Assembly (NCBI GenBank): GCA_963806225.1 | Contig: CAWDXG010000004.1 | Location: 736,001 to 800,000, forward strand | Direction of reading: 5' to 3' | From: an uncultured delta proteobacterium | GTDB lineage: Bacteria > Myxococcota_A > Polyangia > Polyangiales > Polyangiaceae | Length of the DNA: 64,000 bases | Part shown: one piece after another, positions 23,328 to 32,526 of the stretch | Layout of the letters: each line of letters opens with the position of its first letter | Numbering within the stretch: the stretch's first letter is position 1 | Translations under genes and position numbers: made by a program | Notes under the pieces: model-generated | Told to the model about the DNA's origin: nothing | Seen by the model: the letters and a program-made list of their open reading frames with translations, nothing else | Database searches by the model: none

Positions 23328-24090
23328 CCAGATCCGCGGCAGCGTCCGCGAGCACTACGCCAAAGTAGCCGAGCAGAGCTCCAGCTGCTGTTCACCGGGC
23401 TGCTGCGGGCAGAACCCGGACAATTCGCTCGGGCTCGGCTACTCCGAGGAGGACCTTGCCGCCGTGCCCGACGGCGCGAACCTCGGGCTCGGTTGCGGCA
23501 ATCCCCAGGCCATCGCTTCGCTCCGCGAAGGCGAGACGGTGCTCGACCTCGGCAGCGGCGCCGGCTTCGACGCCTTCCTGGCTGCCCGCCAGGTTGGCCC
23601 GCGCGGGCGCGTCATCGGCGTCGACATGACCCCCGAAATGCTCGCGAAGGCGCGTGACAACGCCCGGCATCTGGGCGCCAACCACGTCGAGTTCCGCCTC
23701 GGCGAAATCGAGCACGTGCCCGTCGGCGACAGCAGCGTGGACGTCATCCTCTCGAACTGCGTCATCAACCTCTCGCCGGAGAAATCGCAGGTCTTCCGCG
23801 AGGCGTTCCGCGTGCTCAAGCCGGGCGGGCGCCTCGCTATCTCGGACGTGGTCGCGACCCGTCCGATCCCCGATGAGCTCGGCAGGCAGATCGACGCGCT
23901 GTGCGGCTGCGTTTCCGGCGCCGCTCCCGTCCGCGACCTCGAGGCGATGCTGACCGATGCCGGCTTCAGCAACGTCCGGGTCGAAGTGAAACGCGAGAGC
24001 CGGGAGTTCATCCAGAACTGGCTGCCCGGCAGCGGCGCCGAGGACTACGTCGCTTCCGCGACCATCCAGGCGATCAAGGCTCCCGAGTAG
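23311..24090 (+). CDS. arsM: Arsenite S-adenosylmethionine methyltransferase
   Basis: [34 protein letters not shown]-terminal CC pairs. Confidence 0.93.
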   Translation: MTGTTDQIRGSVREHYAKVAEQSSSCCSPGCCGQNPDNSLGLGYSEEDLAAVPDGANLGLGCGNPQAIASLREGETVLDLGSGAGFDAFLAARQVGPRGRVIGVDMTPEMLAKARDNARHLGANHVEFRLGEIEHVPVGDSSVDVILSNCVINLSPEKSQVFREAFRVLKPGGRLAISDVVATRPIPDELGRQIDALCGCVSGAAPVRDLEAMLTDAGFSNVRVEVKRESREFIQNWLPGSGAEDYVASATIQAIKAPE

Positions 24091-24102
24091 GGCCTGCCGC
24101 GA

Positions 24103-24660
24103 TCAGGACTGCGCCAGCTCCAGCAGCTTCAGCACGGTGCGCCAGTTGCGGGCCGTGCTGACCGTGGCGAGCGCCGAGTCGAAATAGGCGTTGGTCAGCT
24201 TGGTGCGCGCCACGCCGTTGGGACACAAGAGGTAGATCTCCCGCCCGCGCACCTTGAATTCGTCGGGCGGCGAGCGGGCAGCATCGAGACCCGCCCGCTG
24301 CCGGGCGCTGGGCGAGTCGGCGAGGAACATCACGTGCAGCTTCTGCTCGTCCGCCCCCAGAGCGACGAACGGATTGCCGCCGACCACCTCCGCAAGCTGC
24401 CGGGCGCTGCGCAGAATCACGGGGACTTCGAAGCCGAAGCGTTCGGCGATGCGCTTCGACACCTCGACGGGCAGTCCCGCTACGTCGCGCCGCGACGCCT
24501 TGAAAACCACGTTGCCGCTCTGGATCCACGTCCTGGCGTCACTGGCACCGGCCTGGACAAAGAGCGGCACCAGCTCCTTCATCGGCAGCTTGTTGCGCCC
24601 GCCGACGTTGATTCCGCGCAGCAGCGCCACGAAGGTTTCCAGAGTGGCCACGCGTGCCAT
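24103..24660 (-). CDS. DUF1697 family protein
   Basis: VALLRGINVGG, TWIQSGNVVF, TARNWRTV. Confidence 0.9.
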   Translation of the reverse strand: MARVATLETFVALLRGINVGGRNKLPMKELVPLFVQAGASDARTWIQSGNVVFKASRRDVAGLPVEVSKRIAERFGFEVPVILRSARQLAEVVGGNPFVALGADEQKLHVMFLADSPSARQRAGLDAARSPPDEFKVRGREIYLLCPNGVARTKLTNAYFDSALATVSTARNWRTVLKLLELAQS

Positions 24661-24726
24661 TCTAGCCATGTACTCGACCGTACGCATGCCCCAACGCGCG
24701 CCCGGAGGCGCTACAATGGCCGGCGC

Positions 24727-25893
24727 ATGCCAACCCACGCCTTCACGCTGTTCGACACCCCCATCGGCCGTTGCGCCGTCGCGTGGAACGCACGCGGCAT
24801 CGCCGGGGTGCAGCTTCCGGAAGCGCGCGACGCCAGAACGCGCGCCCGCCTCGTCGAGCGATTCCCCGGCGCCCGCGAGGAGACGCCACCCGACGAGGTC
24901 GCCCGCGCTGTCGATGGCGTATCCGCGCTGCTACGCGGCGAGCGCCTGGACCTGTCCGACGTGCCTCTCGACCTGGACGGGGTTCCGCCCTTCTACCGCC
25001 GCGTCTACGAGACGGCGCGGGGCATTCCGCCGGGTTCGACGCTGACCTACGGCGAGCTCGCCGAGCGCCTCGGAAAGCCCGGGGCTGCGCGCGCGGTCGG
25101 GCAGGCCCTGGGCAAGAACCCCTTCGCCCTGGTCGTCCCCTGCCATCGCGTGCTGGCGGCCGGCGGCAGGGTCGGCGGGTTCTCGGCCGCCGGCGGCATC
25201 ACGACCAAGTTGCGCCTGCTGGCGATCGAGGGGGCACACGGGGCTGCCGGGCTGTTCGCGGGCAGCAGGGCTCCGGGCTTCGATGCCGACGCCGCGCTCG
25301 AACACGTGCGTGCCGCCGATGCGGCACTCGGCCGGCTCATCGAAAAGGTCGGCCCCTTCCGCATGCAGCTCAAGGCCACCCCCGACCTGTTCGTCGCCCT
25401 CGCCGAAGCAATCGTCTACCAGCAGCTCACGGGCAAGGCGGCGGCGACCATCTACGCCCGGCTCTGCGCGCTGTTCCCGCGCGCACAGGAAGGTCCCACG
25501 CCCAGACAGATCGCGCGCGCCACCGAAGCGCGACTGCGCTCCGCGGGGCTTTCGCGCAGCAAGGTGCTGGCGCTCAAGGACCTCGCGCGCCGCACGAGCG
25601 CCGGCGAGCTCCCCACTCTCGAGGAGGCTGCCAGCATGGACGCCGAGCCGCTCATCGAACAGCTGACGGCAGTGCGCGGAATCGGGCGCTGGACCGTCGA
25701 GATGCTGCTCATGTTCCGCCTCGGCCGCCCCGATGTGCTTCCGGTCGACGACTACGGCATCCGGAAGGGCTTCGCTGTCGCATTCCGGAAGCGTGAGCTC
25801 CCCTCTCCCCGGGAGGTAGCCACGCGCGGCGAACGCTGGAAGCCGTATCGTACGCTGGCCAGCTGGTACCTCTGGCGCGCAGCAGAACTGTGA
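24727..25893 (+). CDS. Fused O6-methylguanine methyltransferase (Ogt) and 3-methyladenine glycosylase (AlkA/HhH-GPD)
   Basis: N-half AARAVGQALGKNP...VPCHRV; C-half AIVYQQL, RGIGRWTVEM, PVDDYGIR, WKPYRTLASWYLW. Confidence 0.9.
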   Translation: MPTHAFTLFDTPIGRCAVAWNARGIAGVQLPEARDARTRARLVERFPGAREETPPDEVARAVDGVSALLRGERLDLSDVPLDLDGVPPFYRRVYETARGIPPGSTLTYGELAERLGKPGAARAVGQALGKNPFALVVPCHRVLAAGGRVGGFSAAGGITTKLRLLAIEGAHGAAGLFAGSRAPGFDADAALEHVRAADAALGRLIEKVGPFRMQLKATPDLFVALAEAIVYQQLTGKAAATIYARLCALFPRAQEGPTPRQIARATEARLRSAGLSRSKVLALKDLARRTSAGELPTLEEAASMDAEPLIEQLTAVRGIGRWTVEMLLMFRLGRPDVLPVDDYGIRKGFAVAFRKRELPSPREVATRGERWKPYRTLASWYLWRAAEL

Positions 25894-25897
25894 CAGC

Positions 25898-26872
25898 TCA
25901 GGCTCGTTTGCGAGCCTGGGCACCGGGACGACGGCGGCTGCGTGCCGCGGCAGGCAGCGCCGTGTCGCCCGGGTACGCCTGGTGCAGCGTCGCCGCGAGC
26001 TTCTCCAGCGAGGACCCGAGCGGCGAGCGGCGGCGCCAGACCAGCGCGACCGTTCGCCCCGGTGCGGGCTTCGCGAAGCGTCTGAGGGACAGCTCGGCAC
26101 GCCTGGCCTCCGTGGGTACCGCAAGCTCCGGCAGCAGTGTGACGCCCGCGCCTCCCGCCACCATCTGCGCGAGCGTGGACAGACTGGTCGCGCGGAACTC
26201 GAGCTCGCTGGCGTCGGCGCCCGAACAGAATTCCCACGCCTGGTCGCGGAAGCAGTGCCCGTCGTCGAGCAGCAGCACGCCCGCGCCGGCCAGCTCCGCC
26301 GCTCGCGCCGGTGAAGACTTCTCGCCGAGTGGGTGCCCCTTCGGAGTGGCCAGCACGAACCGATCGTGCCCGACCACGGCATGCTCGACTTCCCCGATGT
26401 CGGCCTCCAGTGCGAGCAGCGCTGCATCGAGCTCGCCCACGTCGAGCTTCTGCACGAGCGTGTCGGTCTTGTCCTCGAGCCAGTGCACGGTGAGCCCGGG
26501 ATACGCGGCGTGCAGCGCGCGCGTGGCCCGCGGCAGCAGATACGGCGAGATGGTCGGGATGACGCCGATGCGCAGCGTCCCCGCCAGCGGGTCGGCGGCG
26601 CGGCGCGCCAGCGCCTCGAGATCACCGGTATCGCGCAGGATGCGCCGCGCGCGCTCGACGATTTCACGCCCGGCTTCGGTCACGAGCACCCGCCTGCGGT
26701 CGCGCTCGAACAGCCGCACGCCCAGGGCCTCCTCCAGCTGCGCCAGCTGCGCGCTGAGCGACGGCTGCGACACGTGGCAGCACTCCGCGGCCTTGCGGAA
26801 GCTGAGCAGCTCCGCCACGGCCGCCGCGTACTGCAGCTGTCGGAGCGAGAACGGAAACGGGCTGTAGTTCAT
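25898..26872 (-). CDS. oxyR: OxyR-type LysR regulator
   Basis: LysR HTH; GVIPTISPYLLP; GHCFRDQAWEFC with two Cys 9 residues apart, as for OxyR C199/C208; ATSLSTLAQMV. Confidence 0.85.
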   Translation of the reverse strand: MNYSPFPFSLRQLQYAAAVAELLSFRKAAECCHVSQPSLSAQLAQLEEALGVRLFERDRRRVLVTEAGREIVERARRILRDTGDLEALARRAADPLAGTLRIGVIPTISPYLLPRATRALHAAYPGLTVHWLEDKTDTLVQKLDVGELDAALLALEADIGEVEHAVVGHDRFVLATPKGHPLGEKSSPARAAELAGAGVLLLDDGHCFRDQAWEFCSGADASELEFRATSLSTLAQMVAGGAGVTLLPELAVPTEARRAELSLRRFAKPAPGRTVALVWRRRSPLGSSLEKLAATLHQAYPGDTALPAAARSRRRPGAQARKRA

Positions 26873-26885
26873 AGTCCAAACCTAT
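26871..26885. promoter_or_regulatory. OxyR-type binding box ATAG-N7-CTAT
   Basis: ATAGtccaaacCTAT overlaps the oxyR start codon; consistent with autoregulation. Confidence 0.55.
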
Positions 26886-26941
26886 CACATGGCTCATGAC
26901 GATGCGCCGCACCAATAACAACACGGCAGGCTGCCCGCGGC

Positions 26942-29485
26942 TCACTTGAAGTGCACGCGCAGCTCGAGCTCGCCCGGCTTGTCCGGCGTGATGCGGAGCG
27001 TGACGACTCGCCCCTTCTGCTCTGCCGGGGCGCCTTCGGCGCTCGCGAGCTGGTAGCCCCCAGGCGCATAGACGCGGAAGCGGTACTCGAAGGGCACCGC
27101 CGTCGCCGGCCCCGCGTCGACCTTGAACCGGAGGTCCAGCTCCCGCGCACTGTCGTCCCAGCTCTCGCTCTCGAGATCGGTTCCGCCCTGGGTGATCTGG
27201 CGGTTGTCGCCCAGATACTGCGGGTGGCCGCTGACCTCGCGCAGCGCGATCACCTCGTGCCCGTGCGCGGGCACGGTGCGTTCCAGCGTTCCCTGTACGA
27301 CGCCGAGGAACTTCTCGCTCCAGAACTCGCTCGCCAGGTACTGCTTGTCCGGATCCAGCCCCCACTTTCCGAGCTCGATGCTGTAGGTGCGGGCCTCGTC
27401 GGGCAGGGTCTCGATCGGCCGCGCCGAAAAGTCGTAGTTTCTGCCCCAGTTGAGCAACCCGATCACGAACCAGCTCTCGTCCGAACCGGCCAGCGTACCG
27501 TGCACGCGGAGCAACCACTCCTCCGGGTAGTGGCGCGTGAACAGATCCATCGGTCGCGCGGCGTCCGGATAGCTCGGCAGGAGCTGCCGCCACACGTCGA
27601 TCTGCGCGGGCGTCAGCGTGCGAAGGTCCTCGCCGAACTTGATGATGGAGCCACTCAGCGACATGAACGACGCGTAGGTCTTCGCCTCGTCCATCGTCAC
27701 CGGCGGGTCGGGATGCTGCTTGTCGGTACGGAAGAACAGCAGATCGTTGTGTGTCACCCACACGCGGTTTTCGAAGTAGTACCGGCGCGCTCCCGTCTTG
27801 ACGATAGCCTTGAAGCTGTCCCCGTTGCCCACAGTCGAAAACGGCTGGCTCTGCTCCCAGAGCGGACCGGCATCGAGCGTCAGGCGCATGCCGTCGACCA
27901 CGCCCTCGTTGATGCCCATGAGCGCGATTCCGAGATAGAACACGTTGTCGCCGAGCGCCGACTTGATCGCGCGGATCCCCTTCTTGTACGCCTCGATGCT
28001 CGTCAGGGTTGGATCGTGCTTCGGCGGATACAGCATCTCGTAGTAGCCGAAATCGTGCTTGATCCAGCGCTCTCCCCAATCGTTCTTGTAGCGCTTCATC
28101 GTCGAGCCCAGCCAGTCCAGCACCGCAGGGTTCGACAGATCGAGCATGCGCGCGTCGCTACCGGGATCGAGCAGGCCGTGAAGAACGTTCGTCGCCGGAT
28201 CCAGCAGCCAGTCAGGATGCTGGGCGGCTAGCTTGGAGCTGGTCGAGACGCGGAACGCGGCGATCCACAACCCCGGCTGGAGCCCGTCGTCGGTGATCTT
28301 CTTCGAGAAAGCGGGGATCCCCGACGAAAACTTGCCGTTGGCCTGCCAGTCGCCGTCGGCGACCTGGTAGCCGTCATCCATCTGGAAGTAGTCGATGCCG
28401 AACGGGGCGAACTCGCGGGCCATCACTGCGAGGTTTTCGCCCATGTTGGTCTCGTCGATGTTGGTACCGAGTCCGCCTGTCGACCCGGAGCCGGTCCAGC
28501 TGTTCCAGCCGTTCGGGGTCGAGCGCCCGCCGTCGCGCTTCAGCCACACCGTGTAGTCGAGCCACGCCGCCACGGCGTCGGCGTAATCCTCGAGGCCCGT
28601 CCAGGGATCCGGCGCCGAAGGGTTCATGTAGACGACTTCGCTCGACAGCGAATCGCCCGGCTTCACCGGCTTGCCCTTGTACAGAAGTGGTTGGTCCGTG
28701 ATGAGCTCGTTCTGCCCGGTGCGCCCGCGATATCGGGCCGGAGCATCGGGATCGAGCTTGGTACCGAACGTCGGAAAGGCTCGCTCGACACCCAGGGTGC
28801 CGGCGACCCAGGAGTGTCCGCTGTCCAGGTCGACAACCGCGTGATTCCAGTTCGCGAGCACGTCTCCGCGCGAGCCGATCTCGAAGAACGAGTCGATGAT
28901 GGGCTGGCGCGAGGACTTGTCGGGGTAGTGGAGATTGGCTTCCGTGTCGGAGACGATGTCCATGCCGTCGTCGAGCACGCGGGTGCGCATCGCGTCCTTC
29001 CCCACGAAGAGACCGCCGCCGTCGCCGGAGCTGATGACCGGCGTGAAGCGAAGCACCCGGAGGTCGCCGCTCCGGTGGTTGGTCACGTCCAGCATCGCCA
29101 GCGCCGTATCGTGCTGGGGATCGGCGTACAGGCGCAGCGACAGGCTCACGTTGTCGACCTCGCAGTCGAGTTCATGGCCCGTCAATGCGTCGAAGTACCC
29201 GCCGGGCTTCGGCGACCTGTCGAGGCGCTGCCAGCGCGCGTTGCAGTCACGCGTGGACAGGGTCCGCTGCTTTTCGCCGTCTTCGATCAGCACTTCCGCC
29301 CATGCGCCGCGGAGCAGCGTGCCGCCGGCTCCTTCTATGTCGAAGCGCCCGCCGGAGTCCGGCGTCACCCGGATACCCGTCACGGGCGGCGCGACGCTCT
29401 CGTCCGTGCCGCAACCAGCGACCAGCGCTGCGACGCCGAGCAGCAGAGCCAGGGAGCGCGCCCATCGGCGAGCAGGGAGAGCCAC
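26942..29485 (-). CDS. Glycoside hydrolase clan D (GH36/GH27 alpha-galactosidase-like) lipoprotein
   Basis: Lipobox VAGC; GWNSW, FQMDDGYQ, PGLW, WIKHDF, MRLTLD motifs. Confidence 0.82.
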   Translation of the reverse strand: MALPARRWARSLALLLGVAALVAGCGTDESVAPPVTGIRVTPDSGGRFDIEGAGGTLLRGAWAEVLIEDGEKQRTLSTRDCNARWQRLDRSPKPGGYFDALTGHELDCEVDNVSLSLRLYADPQHDTALAMLDVTNHRSGDLRVLRFTPVISSGDGGGLFVGKDAMRTRVLDDGMDIVSDTEANLHYPDKSSRQPIIDSFFEIGSRGDVLANWNHAVVDLDSGHSWVAGTLGVERAFPTFGTKLDPDAPARYRGRTGQNELITDQPLLYKGKPVKPGDSLSSEVVYMNPSAPDPWTGLEDYADAVAAWLDYTVWLKRDGGRSTPNGWNSWTGSGSTGGLGTNIDETNMGENLAVMAREFAPFGIDYFQMDDGYQVADGDWQANGKFSSGIPAFSKKITDDGLQPGLWIAAFRVSTSSKLAAQHPDWLLDPATNVLHGLLDPGSDARMLDLSNPAVLDWLGSTMKRYKNDWGERWIKHDFGYYEMLYPPKHDPTLTSIEAYKKGIRAIKSALGDNVFYLGIALMGINEGVVDGMRLTLDAGPLWEQSQPFSTVGNGDSFKAIVKTGARRYYFENRVWVTHNDLLFFRTDKQHPDPPVTMDEAKTYASFMSLSGSIIKFGEDLRTLTPAQIDVWRQLLPSYPDAARPMDLFTRHYPEEWLLRVHGTLAGSDESWFVIGLLNWGRNYDFSARPIETLPDEARTYSIELGKWGLDPDKQYLASEFWSEKFLGVVQGTLERTVPAHGHEVIALREVSGHPQYLGDNRQITQGGTDLESESWDDSARELDLRFKVDAGPATAVPFEYRFRVYAPGGYQLASAEGAPAEQKGRVVTLRITPDKPGELELRVHFK

Positions 29486-29530
29486 GACGAGCAGGATAGC
29501 AGAGTGCCGGGATCGTCCTGCGGGCCGCGT

Positions 29531-29905
29531 TCAAGCGCCCTGCCGGGCCTTTTGCCACTGTCGCCAGCTGCCCGACTCGATGACGGGACAGCCCGCGCCC
29601 TGCCCGGCCGCGAGCACGTACGTCTCGACGAGCCTGCCGTCCGACAGCGCGACGCGCGTGCGGCGGTAGAGCCGGGGATGATCCTCGAAGCGATCGAGCG
29701 CACAGAGCATCCTCTCGTCGACCTCGTACACCTCTCCAACCACGGCCTGGCGCCCGCCCCCGGCGAGCCCCGGATAGGCTCCCAGGTCGCGGAGCTCGAA
29801 CGCGGGCTCGGTTCTTCCCCGGGAAACGAAACGGGCTCCGCCCAACACATCGTGGTTCGCTTCCCCGGCGAGCAGCGTCCCGTAGACGAACACGTGCGCA
29901 CGCAT
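29531..29905 (-). CDS. Gamma-glutamylcyclotransferase (AIG2/GGACT family)
   Basis: VFVYGTL, GAYPGL, VGEVY, LDRFE. Confidence 0.9.
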   Translation of the reverse strand: MRAHVFVYGTLLAGEANHDVLGGARFVSRGRTEPAFELRDLGAYPGLAGGGRQAVVGEVYEVDERMLCALDRFEDHPRLYRRTRVALSDGRLVETYVLAAGQGAGCPVIESGSWRQWQKARQGA

Positions 29906-30006
29906 AGCGGCAACCGAGTCTAGCCCGCGGGCCGGAAAGTGTAACGGGGGCGTCCCGCCGCACGCACGGTCTTGCGCCGGGACCAGTTCAGCGCCAGGGT
30001 CGCCTC

Positions 30007-32523
30007 GTGAGCTCGACCGGGCCCCCCGCCCCGCCCGCGAGCGGCGGCCCCAGGAGGCTCGCCACGCTCGCCTACGAACGCCTCGTCCGCGCGATCTGCG
30101 AGCATCGGCTATTCGCGACGGTCGTCGTGCTCGTGCTGCTCGCCCCCTCGCTGGTGCTGTCCACACGCTACTTCATGGACATCCACGCCGGGATGGAGGA
30201 GCTGCTTCCGGGGAACGCCCCGAGCGTGCGCGCCCTGGACCACATCCACAAGCGGGTCGGGGGAGTGGCCCGACTGAATGTGATCGCCCACGGGCCGAAG
30301 CGCGCCGACAACGAGCGCTTCATCCGCGAGCTCGCCCGCCGTCTCCGCGCCAGGAAGGTCCCCCAGGCCCGCTGGATCCAGGCCACGATCGACACGGAGC
30401 GCAGCTGGGCGGACCAGCATGCGCCGCTTCTGCTGCCAGCGTCCGACTTCGATTCGTTGATGCACGACGTCGACCACGCGGCGGAAGTCACGCGTCGCGA
30501 CGCCAACCCGTTCTACGTCGATCTCGAGACTTCCCCGAAGGAGCAGTGGCAGCACGTCGAAAAGCGCATCGAGGCGATGACCCAGGGGAAGGACCGCTTC
30601 CCGAGAGGATACTTCGAGTCGAAGGACGGCCACGTCGTCGTGCTGATGATGGCCTTGCGGGGCTCCGAGGTCGATATCGGACCCTCCGAGGCGCTGATGA
30701 AGGCGGTCAAGGCCGAGGTCGCTGGACTGCGCCCGGGATTCCCTGCATCGGTGGAGGTCGCCTACAACGGCGAGGTCGTCAACCTGCTCGAGGAACACTC
30801 CGCGATCCAGAGCGACCTCTCGCTGTCGTCGATCCTCGTCGTGCTGCTGGTCGGCGGGCTCATCGTCGCGTACTTCCGCACGGTCCGTGCCATAGCAGCC
30901 GTGGTTCTGGGGCTCGTGCCAGGGCTACTGTTGACCTTCGGCCTGGGACGGCTGTCCGGGAGTTTCCTCAACTCCAATTCCGCCTTCCTCGGTGCCATCA
31001 TCGCGGGCAATGGCATCAACTACCCGTTGATGTTCCTCGCGTACTACCGCGCCCAGCCATCCGGCGGTTCGCAGCGGGAAGCCATCGTGGCCGCAGCGAA
31101 GGCCGCCCTCCCCGGCACGCTGGCCGCGTCGGCGACTGCCTCCGCCGCCTACTTCGGCCTGGCCACCGCGACTTTTCGCGGCTTCTCGCAGTTCGGTTGG
31201 CTCGGCGGCGTCGGCATGGTGACGACCTGGGCCATTGCCTTCCTGCTCATGCCGTTGACGATCGCGTGGCTCGATCCGCCGCGGCAGGGCGAGCAACTCA
31301 GCGGCTTCCAGGAGCGGCTGACGCGTTTCTTCGGACGCCCCTGGTCGCCGCGCCTCGTAGCGCTGCTCGTGGTGGTGGCGTCTCTGGCGGTCGGCGGCAT
31401 CGGCCTCAGGCGGGCGATCGCCCACGGCCCCTACGACGAGAACCTCCTGCACCTGCGCAACACCCAGTCGCTCCGCTCGGGCGGTGCTTCCTGGGACGCG
31501 GAGATGTCGAAGATCTTCGGCGTCTGGATGAACCCAATCGTGGTGCTGGTCAAGGATGGCGAGGACCGCGAGCCTGCCGCCGCCGCCCTCCGCCGGCGCA
31601 TGGTCGACGGCCCCCGGCACATGGCCGAGCGCGTCGAGACGATCGCCCAGTACGTCCACCCGGAAGCCCAGCAGCGCGCCCGCATCCAGCGGCTTTCGCG
31701 GCTACGCTCGCAGATTTCGAAGTTCCCGAAAGACAGCATGCCCGCCAAGGTGAAAGAGCGGGTGGACAGCTGGCTTTCGCCCCGGAACCTGCACGTCCTG
31801 ACGCCGGAAGACGTCCCGAATTCACTGACGCGCGCCTTTCAGGAAACCAACGGCCGCACCGACAGGGTCGTCCTGCTCTTCCCCTCCCTGGGCATCAACT
31901 ACAACAACGCCCGCAATGTGATCCGCTTCTCGGACGAGCTGTCGTCGGTGAAGCTGCCGAAAGGGAGCGTGGCAGGTGGCGCCTTCCTCTTCATGGCGGA
32001 AATCCTGCGGCTGATCCAGAGAGAAGCGCCGCGGGTGGTGCTTGTCGTATGCGCCCTGGTCGCGCTCGTGCTCGTGCCCATCTTCCGGCGTCGACCGCTG
32101 CGCATTCCACTGGTGGTGGCAACCGTCGCGGTCGTCGCCATCTCGGCGCAGTGCGTGATGTTCGCGGTCGGCGTGCGGCTCAACATGCTGAACTTCGCTG
32201 CGATCCCGATCACGATCGGCGTCGGCGCGGACTACGTGGTCAACCTGCTCGGCGCCATGGACGCCTGGGGCGTCGACGCTCGGCGCGCCTGTGCCCGCAT
32301 GGGCGGCGCCATCCTGCTGTGTTCCCTGACGACGATCGTGGGCTACCTGACGCTGCTCTTCGCTCACTCTGGAGCGCTGCGCTCCTTCGGTTGGGCGGCG
32401 GTCCTGGGCGAGTTGATGGCCGTCGCGACGGTGCTGATCGTGCTGCCGGCCGTCCTGCCCGGCAGGCGGGCGCGCCCGGACGCCGCGTCCACCAACGAAA
32501 GCGCGCCCAGCGAAGCGGAATAG
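30007..32523 (+). CDS. MMPL/RND-family lipid transporter
   Basis: Two halves, each with an extracytoplasmic domain plus TM bundle; GNGINY and GVGADY motifs. Confidence 0.85.
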   Translation: MSSTGPPAPPASGGPRRLATLAYERLVRAICEHRLFATVVVLVLLAPSLVLSTRYFMDIHAGMEELLPGNAPSVRALDHIHKRVGGVARLNVIAHGPKRADNERFIRELARRLRARKVPQARWIQATIDTERSWADQHAPLLLPASDFDSLMHDVDHAAEVTRRDANPFYVDLETSPKEQWQHVEKRIEAMTQGKDRFPRGYFESKDGHVVVLMMALRGSEVDIGPSEALMKAVKAEVAGLRPGFPASVEVAYNGEVVNLLEEHSAIQSDLSLSSILVVLLVGGLIVAYFRTVRAIAAVVLGLVPGLLLTFGLGRLSGSFLNSNSAFLGAIIAGNGINYPLMFLAYYRAQPSGGSQREAIVAAAKAALPGTLAASATASAAYFGLATATFRGFSQFGWLGGVGMVTTWAIAFLLMPLTIAWLDPPRQGEQLSGFQERLTRFFGRPWSPRLVALLVVVASLAVGGIGLRRAIAHGPYDENLLHLRNTQSLRSGGASWDAEMSKIFGVWMNPIVVLVKDGEDREPAAAALRRRMVDGPRHMAERVETIAQYVHPEAQQRARIQRLSRLRSQISKFPKDSMPAKVKERVDSWLSPRNLHVLTPEDVPNSLTRAFQETNGRTDRVVLLFPSLGINYNNARNVIRFSDELSSVKLPKGSVAGGAFLFMAEILRLIQREAPRVVLVVCALVALVLVPIFRRRPLRIPLVVATVAVVAISAQCVMFAVGVRLNMLNFAAIPITIGVGADYVVNLLGAMDAWGVDARRACARMGGAILLCSLTTIVGYLTLLFAHSGALRSFGWAAVLGELMAVATVLIVLPAVLPGRRARPDAASTNESAPSEAE

Positions 32524-32526
32524 GCG

